Part shown: one piece after another, positions 28,581-37,297 of the stretch
Numbering within the stretch: position 1 is the stretch's first letter
How the letters are laid out: the number at the start of each line of letters is the position of its first letter
Source: Poseidonia sp.
GTDB lineage: Archaea; Thermoplasmatota; Poseidoniia; Poseidoniales; Poseidoniaceae
Reading direction: 5' to 3'
Assembly (NCBI GenBank): GCA_038148515.1
Contig: JAYQVP010000002.1
Coordinates: forward strand, 92,102 to 156,101
DNA: 64,000 nucleotides
The notes under the pieces: generated by a model
The model's input: only the letters and a program-made list of their open reading frames with translations
The model's database searches: none
What the model was told of the DNA's origin: nothing
Translations under genes and position numbers: made by a program

Positions 28581-29822
28581 TCACTCCACCAGCCATTCAT
28601 GGGCCATCGTTGAATCGAATTCCGTCGACTGCTCGTCGCTTTCGTCCACTTCTATCGCTTCTCCATCGGGCCCGACCACATGGCCCACCCTTGCCGCCTC
28701 TTCGCGTGCCAGCCGACGAGCTTCCCGCTCTTCCGCCTGCCTGGCTCTTGCCGCCATGGCCTCCAGGCGATGGTCTGAACCGGTGGATTGCCCTTCAAGG
28801 TCTTCGGCATCGGAGGCCATCAGGGCTTCCACGGCGACCATGACCTCCTCAAAGGAAGTTAATTCAGGCCAGAGGTCTTCAATCATTATGCTCTCAACGG
28901 ATTCGTCTTCTTGAGTAATGCTAGCAACTCGACGGTGGGTAAGGAAGAGGCCAGCGATAAAACTCGCTACAAAGCTCTCATTGTCCTCATCGTCCAAACG
29001 CACACCTAACATCGATTCAATCATCGGTTGAAGCCGCCGCATGACCTGAACCAAGGGAACACGTAGGGAGGCCATATCCGAACATGTTTGTTTGAGGGCC
29101 ATCCAACACCGTTCAATGTCGCCCTCCAAATCTTCGTTGTGCATGCGTCCGCCAATGTTGTCGAGGTAGTCGTGAAGTTCACGCTCGTGCTCAATTCGGT
29201 TTTGTTCACGCAACTTCAAGGATTCAGCGTCGTCAGCCGCATCCTTGAACGCCGACAGCAATTCTGCCAACGTCACGGGGCGACCTTCATCGCGACGCAC
29301 ACGCTCATCGAACAACCCGGACAGCAGATGGTCGGCCCCCCCATCAATGACCGATTGAGTGAAGAAGAACGCTTCATCGTCGTAATCGGCCCCCCATCCA
29401 AAGTCAATGTCCTCGGACCACTCCTCGTCTTCGTACACCGGCTGTATCTTGTCAAACAAGGAGGCAGATTGGAGGTGGAGGACTTCCCATGCCAAACGAA
29501 TCAAGCGCCCACATGCAGGAAGGTCCAAATCGTCCGCCTCCCGAACGCGTTGGGAAAAAACGGACAGGAACGTCGATAAATCGATACTCCAGGGGTTGAA
29601 AGCCTCTTCTCGCACTAGGGAGAGCACCAAGGCCACTGAACGATCAAAAGGATCATGCAGGCTCTGATGTTCTGCTTCTTCCGTTGCAGCGATGGTAGCG
29701 ATTCGCTGGCCAAACAGTTCGGCGTCTTCTTGGTCCTCGCCATGAGCGAGGAGTTGGTCAATGATTTCCTGCTTGAGGAACCACCGGTCCAAGACGCTTT
29801 GTTGTTCCACCATGCCGTTCAC
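28581..29822 (-). CDS. scpA: Segregation and condensation protein A (ScpA kleisin), unusually long with acidic extensions
   Basis: N-terminal kleisin helix FDGPLDLL-like (ASLFDKIQPVYEDEEW...) and a C-terminal winged helix. Lies between smc and scpB with 1-2-nt spacing. Confidence 0.65.
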   Translation of the reverse strand: MNGMVEQQSVLDRWFLKQEIIDQLLAHGEDQEDAELFGQRIATIAATEEAEHQSLHDPFDRSVALVLSLVREEAFNPWSIDLSTFLSVFSQRVREADDLDLPACGRLIRLAWEVLHLQSASLFDKIQPVYEDEEWSEDIDFGWGADYDDEAFFFTQSVIDGGADHLLSGLFDERVRRDEGRPVTLAELLSAFKDAADDAESLKLREQNRIEHERELHDYLDNIGGRMHNEDLEGDIERCWMALKQTCSDMASLRVPLVQVMRRLQPMIESMLGVRLDDEDNESFVASFIAGLFLTHRRVASITQEDESVESIMIEDLWPELTSFEEVMVAVEALMASDAEDLEGQSTGSDHRLEAMAARARQAEEREARRLAREEAARVGHVVGPDGEAIEVDESDEQSTEFDSTMAHEWLVE

Positions 29823-29823
29823 C

Positions 29824-32800
29824 TCACTGGTCGTTCATTTCGGCCATCGTTTCATCGGCCGTTGAATCAAGTTCCTCGTCCACGTCGCTTTCGCTCAGAT
29901 GTTCAACGAGGTCGGCGCGTTCGGCGATGTCCTCCGAGAGTTCTGCTGTCCGCTCAATCAATCCCTCGAGGGCTGCTTCCTCTACTTCACCTGATTCCTG
30001 TAAATGAGGGACGAGCCCTCCAAGACTCTTGGGCACAGGCAATTCACCAGGAACCCTCGGCATCTCGTCCGCGAGAATGACAGCGTCTTTCAAGCGCTCC
30101 TCGTTCTTTTTAGCGGCTTTTTGAGCCTCTTCAAGGGCGGCCTCACCAATGGCGATAGCGCGCTCTCGGTCGAAGTCCAGAATCCGACGGCTGCATCCGT
30201 CACCTCCGTGAGTGATGCCGATGTGGTGGTCAGCCAGCTTCAACGAAACCTTACGCAACGTGACCATAATGAATTGTGCCCGCTTGCTACGCTCGCGACA
30301 CATCTTGGCGATGCGTTCGGCGTTGTACGCATCCAAATTTTGGTCCACTTCATCGAAGTAATAAAACGGACTCGGGTCGTAGTCTTGGATGGCGAAGATG
30401 AGGGCCAAGGCCGCCATGGATTGTTCACCGCCAGAAAGTTGCTGGCGGCTGACCTTCGATGATTTCCCTCGGGGTTGAGCCCACAACTCAAGACCGCCTT
30501 TGAAAGGCTCCTCGGGATTTTCGAGGAACAATTCCCCTCGACCACCGTCGGACAGAATTTCGTACGCTTTCTGAAAGTTGGTGTTGACTTTTTCGAGCAC
30601 ATCCAACAAACGCTCTTTGCGTTGCGATTCCAGTTCTTCGGCAACCTCAAGCAGTTCCTTTCGGCGAGTTTGTAGGGTCGCAAATTCATCTTTCATGAGG
30701 TCAAGTCGAGCCTGACAAGCATCGTACTGCTCAATGGCCATCATGTTGACGTTACCGAATTGTTCGAGTTGACGCTGCAAATGACGCAGGTTGCGCTCCA
30801 ATTCTCCGACGCTCTTGAGACCCTCCGGCATTTCCTCGGGAGAGAGCCCCGCCTCGATCACCTCGGCGGCCATCTCGGCGACATCTCGCTCTTTGTCAGC
30901 GATGGTGCGTTGCAAATCCTCGGCCATGCGACGATGATTGTTGGCTTGATTCAAGCGTTCCTCGTTTCTGACCCGAAGTGTTGCACGTTGGTCGGTCAAT
31001 TCTTGACGTTCTTGCTCCAAGCCTTGGTTCTCCTCAAGATAGACCGCTTGCTCGTCTTTTTTCGCCTTGAGTTCGATTCTGTCCGTGGCCAATGCTGCTT
31101 CAAGTTCGTCCACGCGGTCGATACGTTCCAAACGTTGGCGCTCCAATGCAGAGCCTCGCTTTTGCGTCTCATCGACGCGCCGACGGAGAAGAGTGAGATG
31201 GGCCGTGCCGCTGTTGAGGGTTTCTTCTGCTGTTGTTTGGGCGCCCTTGGCACCAACCCGCTTCAAGTTGGCTGCATGCAAGCGCTCACGCAAATGCTCA
31301 GGACTCGCTTCTTCCAGTTTGGTCTTGGCCTCGTCTCGGGACTGCTGTGCTTGCTGCAGGGAGCCTGTGGCTTCGTCCAGGCCTTTCAAGGCGGTTTGGG
31401 CTTTGAATCGAATCTCGTCCAACGCGGTTTCATGACCCGCTGCGGCTGTCAAGGCTTTTTGATGAGCGGAAGCAACCTGTCGGCGCTCGGCTTGGGTTTC
31501 TCGCAAGGTGGTGGCGTGTGAGTCATCGACCATCGCATTGATGGAATCACGTATGGCTTGTTGGTTTGTTCTTACTTCTCGAAGTGCCTCGTTAACGGTC
31601 TGCTCCATCAACAAGTATTTTTCGACCTCAGCCGTGTACTTCTCAACGTCGCTTGCCCCCTGAATTTGGCCGCCGAAGGGGATGGTCATCCTTCGTTGTG
31701 AACCGCCGATCATCGCACCACCTGCTTCCGTGAGATCGCCGCGTAGGGTGACAAGACGAACGCCTCCCATGTGGCGGCGAGCAGTGGACATGTTGTCCAC
31801 GAGCAGGGTGTTGCGGAGCACAAATTTCACCGCAATATCGATTCTTGGATCGTAATCGAGCATCTCGTGAGCAAAACCAATCACACCTTCCTTTCGAGCA
31901 ACCATGACCGATTTTCCGGCAGCACGGGTTGTGGTGAGGCGATTGAGAGGCAAGAAGGTGGCCCGTCCTGCTTTGTTTTCGGCCAACCATCGAATCGCCT
32001 GAGCGGCGTTCTCATCGGTGTCCACCACCACGGACGCCATGCCAGAGCCAATGGCTGTGGCCAACGCAATCTCATGAGAACGATCTTTTGGAGCGCACAA
32101 TTCAGCAATGGTGCCAATGATGCCAGGCAACTCGCCACGTTCTCGTGCAGCCATGACTGCGCTCGCGCCCCCTGCGAGGCCTTTTGCACCGGATTTCTCT
32201 TCAAGTTCGGCCCGTGCAAGGTTGAGAGCCCGTTCCGCTTCTCTTCGTTTGATTTCAATTCGGTTGCGATCTTCGCTGAGTTGGCCCTCTGCTCGCTGCG
32301 CTTCGGTCAGTTTGCGCGCAAGGGATTCTCGGTCCATATCAGGTGCAGATTGGGTTAACTCCTCAATTTGGAAGTCCAACTCGCCCAAGGCAAGCCGGAG
32401 ATCTTCGCATTCTTGTTGGGCTTTGGCCAATTGGTCAGAAACCAAATCTGCCTCTACGGCGAGCCTGTCCACATCTGATTGAGCCTTCGCCCGCTCGGTT
32501 TCGCACCGTTCAACGGTGGCTTCAGTGGCTTTGAGGGCTTCGTTGAATTGTTGATTCTCGGCGCCTGCCGATTCGAGGGCTAGGCGGACATCGGCTTCCT
32601 CGCGTTGTGCTTCTTCTAAACTCGTTTTGGCTGCTTCAAGTGAGGTGGCTGCGGCCTCAAGGTTGGCTTCAAATGCGGCAAGTTCGGCCGTGGCCTCGTC
32701 GAGTTGCTCTGCAAGTTCCTGCGATTCCAAAGCGTCGTCTTCTTCCTCCTTGGAGGCTTCAGCGATTCGGTCGGTGTTTCGCTCAATCGCAACCTGGAGG

Positions 32801-33732
32801 GCTTGTATCGCTTGCCCAAGTTCAGAGGTTTCTCCGCCCGTGAGTTTGTTGATCTCCTGCTGAATCTCGCTGATTCGGTCGTCCAATTCCAACAAGATTT
32901 TTGCTGTCTCTTTGTGCTCCTCAAGCAACGATACGCTCTCATCAACGTAATTTTTGCGCTGGTCGATGTGGAATGCGAGTTCGTTCTTCATAGAAGAATA
33001 CCGAGATTGTAACAACATAGCATTGGTCAATTGTATGTTGTCCGTGACCTCTTTTGCCTGTTGGGCCACATGGCGCTCTTTGGCCAACGTGGAGAGGCGA
33101 TCGAGTTGCTCTTGCTCAAGCAACCCGATTCGCTCGAGATAACTCTCGACCTGTTCCTGTTGCTTGTTGGCTTTCCGAAGTTCATCGTCGTAGGAAGTCA
33201 CACCTGCGACGTTGTCGAGCACCTTACGCCGTTCATTGGCCGTCATCTTTGCAAGGCTGGTCACATCCCCTTGCAGGACAATGTTGTAGCCGTCGGGACG
33301 GGCATTGGCTGCTCCCAAGAGACGATGAAACACCTTCTGACTGCTCTCCTCGTCGTTGAGCAGGTAGGTTGTCACAGGATTGTTGGAGGAGGTGAGGCGA
33401 ATGGTACGCGTCATTCGAATCTCGTCTTTATCCAGCGGTAGTCGGCGACGCCCACCGCTCATCACAGGATTGGCGAACACCAACGTGACAGAGCACTCAC
33501 GGGCAGGTTTGGAGTTCTTCCCACCGTTGAAGATAAGGTCGGCTGAGTTCTGTGCCCGTATGACGCGATTGGATTTGGGCCCCAGGACGAATTGAATGGC
33601 GTCACCGCAATTCGATTTTCCCGAACCGTTTGGCCCGGTAATGGCGGTGAATCCCCGGTCCATCGGAACGGTCACTTCACCCTTGAAGGATTTGAAATTC
33701 CGCACTTCAAGTGATTTTAGATACATACCCAT
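29824..33732 (-). CDS. smc: Chromosome segregation protein SMC
   Basis: N-terminal Walker A FTAITGPNGSGKSNCGDAI, long coiled coils, hinge with a glycine-rich region, C-terminal signature LSGGEQSMAALALIFAIQ and Walker B FYYFDEVD. 1302 aa. Confidence 0.9.
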   Translation of the reverse strand: MGMYLKSLEVRNFKSFKGEVTVPMDRGFTAITGPNGSGKSNCGDAIQFVLGPKSNRVIRAQNSADLIFNGGKNSKPARECSVTLVFANPVMSGGRRRLPLDKDEIRMTRTIRLTSSNNPVTTYLLNDEESSQKVFHRLLGAANARPDGYNIVLQGDVTSLAKMTANERRKVLDNVAGVTSYDDELRKANKQQEQVESYLERIGLLEQEQLDRLSTLAKERHVAQQAKEVTDNIQLTNAMLLQSRYSSMKNELAFHIDQRKNYVDESVSLLEEHKETAKILLELDDRISEIQQEINKLTGGETSELGQAIQALQVAIERNTDRIAEASKEEEDDALESQELAEQLDEATAELAAFEANLEAAATSLEAAKTSLEEAQREEADVRLALESAGAENQQFNEALKATEATVERCETERAKAQSDVDRLAVEADLVSDQLAKAQQECEDLRLALGELDFQIEELTQSAPDMDRESLARKLTEAQRAEGQLSEDRNRIEIKRREAERALNLARAELEEKSGAKGLAGGASAVMAARERGELPGIIGTIAELCAPKDRSHEIALATAIGSGMASVVVDTDENAAQAIRWLAENKAGRATFLPLNRLTTTRAAGKSVMVARKEGVIGFAHEMLDYDPRIDIAVKFVLRNTLLVDNMSTARRHMGGVRLVTLRGDLTEAGGAMIGGSQRRMTIPFGGQIQGASDVEKYTAEVEKYLLMEQTVNEALREVRTNQQAIRDSINAMVDDSHATTLRETQAERRQVASAHQKALTAAAGHETALDEIRFKAQTALKGLDEATGSLQQAQQSRDEAKTKLEEASPEHLRERLHAANLKRVGAKGAQTTAEETLNSGTAHLTLLRRRVDETQKRGSALERQRLERIDRVDELEAALATDRIELKAKKDEQAVYLEENQGLEQERQELTDQRATLRVRNEERLNQANNHRRMAEDLQRTIADKERDVAEMAAEVIEAGLSPEEMPEGLKSVGELERNLRHLQRQLEQFGNVNMMAIEQYDACQARLDLMKDEFATLQTRRKELLEVAEELESQRKERLLDVLEKVNTNFQKAYEILSDGGRGELFLENPEEPFKGGLELWAQPRGKSSKVSRQQLSGGEQSMAALALIFAIQDYDPSPFYYFDEVDQNLDAYNAERIAKMCRERSKRAQFIMVTLRKVSLKLADHHIGITHGGDGCSRRILDFDRERAIAIGEAALEEAQKAAKKNEERLKDAVILADEMPRVPGELPVPKSLGGLVPHLQESGEVEEAALEGLIERTAELSEDIAERADLVEHLSESDVDEELDSTADETMAEMNDQ

Positions 33733-33859
33733 CCCTCGAGAGTGAAATCAACGATTCCACCACTCGGAAACCACCCGTTTCCTACAGGTTTTAAACAATA
33801 CGAAGAAACACGGCTCCGTGCATTGATTTTCGGGTCCATTTTTGTGAAGCCGAGACCGT

Positions 33860-34627
33860 TCAAAACACGCCGTGATTGTTGCACTTTGAACATCCAGCAC
33901 CTTGACAGTAGGGGCAGGTTGCCATCACCAGCAATTGGTTTCGTCGTCGGCGCATAGCGAGATCTTTGTCGGATTTCAACAATCGAGAACGTTCCACGCG
34001 TTCAATTGCTTTGGCTTCTTGGCTGGACGTATCAAAAAAGGATTTACGGAATTTCCCGGCCTTTTCCCGGCGACGTTCGAGTTTCTGCTGAGTTTGAACG
34101 ACCGCTTCGGCCTCCCAATATTTAGGACCACGGATCATCATCACGCCCACGGTTGCGAAGGCGATTTGTACCACCCAGGGCTCAACTGGGAACGGGAACA
34201 GGGCAGAGAGGCCTTCGGAGTTGGCAGGCGTGGGCAACCATCCCAATCGGTCGAGAACCGCGAGCGTACACATCACACTCCCCACGATGAACGCCACCTT
34301 TCGCACCCGACGAGCCCAGGCTTTGTTTTGCGGCAGTTCGAAGCCCAAAGCGAACAAAAACAGGCCTTCGGCAAACATCAACAAGTCGGCACCTGACCAT
34401 TGACCCGCCTCACCCAGGCAATAGGAGGTGCCCATGGTTGCCAACTCTTCTTCAACCGCCGAGAATGAACAAGCAGGGTCAAACATCAGCAACGTGTCAA
34501 GTTTGAACCCCTCTGCTCCACTGATGAATTGAGGGGCAACCGTTCCAAATTGGGCGTTTGCGATGACGAACAGAAGGATAGCGAGCCCTATGATTGTGGA
34601 GAGTTTACGCATGCGCAAGCCGAACAC
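33860..34627 (-). CDS. Membrane protein with C-terminal zinc-ribbon
   Basis: 4-5 TM helices, then a basic/coiled region and C-terminal CPYCQGAGCSKCNNHG. Confidence 0.45.
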   Translation of the reverse strand: MFGLRMRKLSTIIGLAILLFVIANAQFGTVAPQFISGAEGFKLDTLLMFDPACSFSAVEEELATMGTSYCLGEAGQWSGADLLMFAEGLFLFALGFELPQNKAWARRVRKVAFIVGSVMCTLAVLDRLGWLPTPANSEGLSALFPFPVEPWVVQIAFATVGVMMIRGPKYWEAEAVVQTQQKLERRREKAGKFRKSFFDTSSQEAKAIERVERSRLLKSDKDLAMRRRRNQLLVMATCPYCQGAGCSKCNNHGVF

Positions 34628-34749
34628 CGAACCTCCACCTCGTCGCCAACGATGCGTGCCTGCTTCATAGTGCTTGCGAGAACGACGGAATGGGGCGACC
34701 CATCACCGTCAAAAGGTGAGTTGGCAAGGGAAGCACGGAGGGGGCTGAG

Positions 34750-36381
34750 ATGAGTCACATCGTCATCATTGGCAGCGGGATTGCCGGCCTTTTTTGCGCC
34801 TGTCAGTTGGCTGAAGGTGGGCACACCGTCACCGTCGTGACCAAACAACGGACCAAGGACTCCTCAACAAACTGGGCGCAGGGCGGCATCGCCGCCATTT
34901 TGGACCAAACGAACACGGAAGGGATGGAAGCGCATGTCCGAGACACACTCTCATCGGGCGACGGAACCTGTGATGAAGCGGTGGTGCGCTCTGTGATCGA
35001 GGAAGCCGGCGCCCGTATTCGCGAGCTGATTGAATTCGGCGTTCGATTTGAGCGCGAAAGCGACGGGCGATTTTCGCTCGCTCAGGAAGGGGGCCATTCT
35101 CAACGTCGCATCCTGCATGCGAAGGACGCAACCGGAAAGGAAATCGAAGGGGCCCTCTCAAGGTTCGCTGAACGTCACGAACGCATTCTCCTCCAGCCCA
35201 ACACCCTCGCCATCGACTTGATTCAGCGACACCACGGCGACCCATCACAAGGCGTGGCAGGAGTGTGGTGTCTGAACCAAAAGACGTCGGAGGTCGTGAC
35301 CCTTGAGGCCGATGCCGTCATCTTAGCCACCGGGGGCGTGGGCAGGTTGTGGAAACAAACCACAAACCCCAGTGTGGCGACAGGTGATGGTTTAGCCATG
35401 GCCTATAGAGCAGGAGCCTGCGTACGAGACTTGGCCTTTATCCAGTTCCATCCGACCTCGCTATTCGGTGCATCCAGCCGACCATTTCTCATCACCGAAG
35501 CGCTCCGGGGAGCGGGTGCAGTTTTGATGGACGAGGCTGGATTGAACACATGGCAAGCGGCCTGCGAGTCAGCCCGAGAGACCGGTGAGACAACACCTGA
35601 ACCTGCCCCGTTTTCCTTCACGCTGGACCACTCACCTCACGGCTCAATGGCCACTCGGGACATTGTTGCACGGGCCATCGACGAACAGATGAAACGAAAC
35701 GGACGACCGCATGTTTGGCTGGTGACGTCGCACCTCGATGCTGAGATGCTCAACAGCACCTTCCCTACCATTGCAGGACGCCTGGCCAAAATGGGATTGA
35801 CCTTGGGTGTCGATCCCGTACCTGTAGCACCGGCCGCCCACTACATGGTGGGAGGTATTCAGGTGGACAGCACCGGTCGCGCCCACCAACGCAGCAACGG
35901 AAAACCCATGCCCCACTTGTATGCGATCGGTGAAGTGGCAAGTACTGGCATGCACGGAGCCAATCGATTGGCGTCCAACAGTTTGCTCGAGGCGGTGGTC
36001 TATGCTCGGCGTGTGGCGCAACATCTGTTGGACACTCCACCCTCTCCCTACGAAGGTAAACGCCCACCATGGCGAGCAGACGGTTTGAGTCACCTCAGCG
36101 AACACGCGCCCATTGTCCACGACCGACGAAGCTTGGTTCAAACGATGTCTGACGAGGTTGGCATTGTTCGAAGCGACCAACGATTGAAACGGGCCAAGCG
36201 CCGGTTGGATCTCCTCAACAAAGAGGTGGACTTGATATGGAAGGGCAGTCGGCCGTCTCGAGACATCGTTGAATTGAGGAATTTGGCGTTGGTTGGCCAA
36301 CTTGTGGTCGCCGACGCACTGGAGCAGCGTGTCAATCGTGGCCTGCACTTCAATGTCGACCTCAAGGATGGCAAGCCTTGA
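34750..36381 (+). CDS. nadB: L-aspartate oxidase (NadB)
   Basis: FAD-binding GSGIAGL at the N-terminus and an fumarate reductase/succinate dehydrogenase flavoprotein-type fold (HYMVGGIQVD, GLYAIGEVASTGMHGANRLASNSLLE). Confidence 0.85.
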   Translation: MSHIVIIGSGIAGLFCACQLAEGGHTVTVVTKQRTKDSSTNWAQGGIAAILDQTNTEGMEAHVRDTLSSGDGTCDEAVVRSVIEEAGARIRELIEFGVRFERESDGRFSLAQEGGHSQRRILHAKDATGKEIEGALSRFAERHERILLQPNTLAIDLIQRHHGDPSQGVAGVWCLNQKTSEVVTLEADAVILATGGVGRLWKQTTNPSVATGDGLAMAYRAGACVRDLAFIQFHPTSLFGASSRPFLITEALRGAGAVLMDEAGLNTWQAACESARETGETTPEPAPFSFTLDHSPHGSMATRDIVARAIDEQMKRNGRPHVWLVTSHLDAEMLNSTFPTIAGRLAKMGLTLGVDPVPVAPAAHYMVGGIQVDSTGRAHQRSNGKPMPHLYAIGEVASTGMHGANRLASNSLLEAVVYARRVAQHLLDTPPSPYEGKRPPWRADGLSHLSEHAPIVHDRRSLVQTMSDEVGIVRSDQRLKRAKRRLDLLNKEVDLIWKGSRPSRDIVELRNLALVGQLVVADALEQRVNRGLHFNVDLKDGKP

Positions 36382-37288
36382 CCATGGCCGAGAGGGCACG
36401 ATTCAACGGGACTGAAACCCCATGGTGTTCAGCCAGTTCAACGACAAAGGCGTTTAAGGCGTCGATTTCCGTTCGCCGCCCTGCTTTGATGTCTTGCAGC
36501 ATACTGCAAGCATTGTCGCCTGTTGCGGTGAGCACCTCTCGTAACCGATGTTCAAAGGCGACTTCATCATCCACAGTCACTCGTTCCATCTTTGCCACCA
36601 AGGCGGCCTCGCGGTAAACCGACATGCATGTTGAAAACAACGCAGCATCCAGCAACTCACCGTTGTTCAATCCGGCGAGGGCAGCCACAGGGTTGACCGC
36701 CACGTTGAGGAGGACTTTCTGCCATACCAACGACATAGCATCGTGTACCCGTTCAATGGAGAAGCCAGCTGACTCCATCAAGGCAACCACAGACGCCACC
36801 CTATGGTCACCGGGCCCCAATGGTGGAACCGCCAGTCCAACCGAACCTGCTCCGGCCCACACCGTCCGCTCGCCTTCGGTATAGGCGCCAAGCGTCGTGG
36901 TAGCGGCTAGGACACGCTCCGGTCCTAGCCATCTCGTCATGGCTTCTACATGGCCCAACCCATTGCAGACTGTAAAGGCAATGCCCTCAGGCTTGAGCAA
37001 GCGATGAGCGAGGGGCAACAGGTCGTCAAGAGCGTACGACTTCGAAGCAAGGATGAGAACATCGGTGCGGTGCTCAAAACTATCGTCCAACGGTAATTCT
37101 TCGCTCGAAAACATCAGACGTTCGGGGGGAACGTCTGGAAGCGAAAGACCCTCGATAACAACCCCCTCCAGCATCATTCGAGCACCTCGCACGCCCCGGA
37201 CATGGAGGTGCAATTCGTGCTCTGTTTGAGCCAAATGGGCGGCCATTATCGCACCGATAGCCCCGACACCCAACACAGAGATTCGCAT
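36362..37288 (-). CDS. panE: 2-dehydropantoate 2-reductase (PanE/ApbA family)
   Basis: N-terminal Rossmann MRISVLGVGAIGAIMAAHLAQ and a C-terminal ApbA_C-like domain. Confidence 0.7.
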   Translation of the reverse strand: MRISVLGVGAIGAIMAAHLAQTEHELHLHVRGVRGARMMLEGVVIEGLSLPDVPPERLMFSSEELPLDDSFEHRTDVLILASKSYALDDLLPLAHRLLKPEGIAFTVCNGLGHVEAMTRWLGPERVLAATTTLGAYTEGERTVWAGAGSVGLAVPPLGPGDHRVASVVALMESAGFSIERVHDAMSLVWQKVLLNVAVNPVAALAGLNNGELLDAALFSTCMSVYREAALVAKMERVTVDDEVAFEHRLREVLTATGDNACSMLQDIKAGRRTEIDALNAFVVELAEHHGVSVPLNRALSAMVKACHP

Positions 37289-37297
37289 CCTCGCCCC

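Noticed and set aside
35644-36399. 251-aa minus-strand ORF antisense to nadB
   Set aside because: Shadow ORF. NadB on the plus strand has FAD-binding and catalytic motifs.
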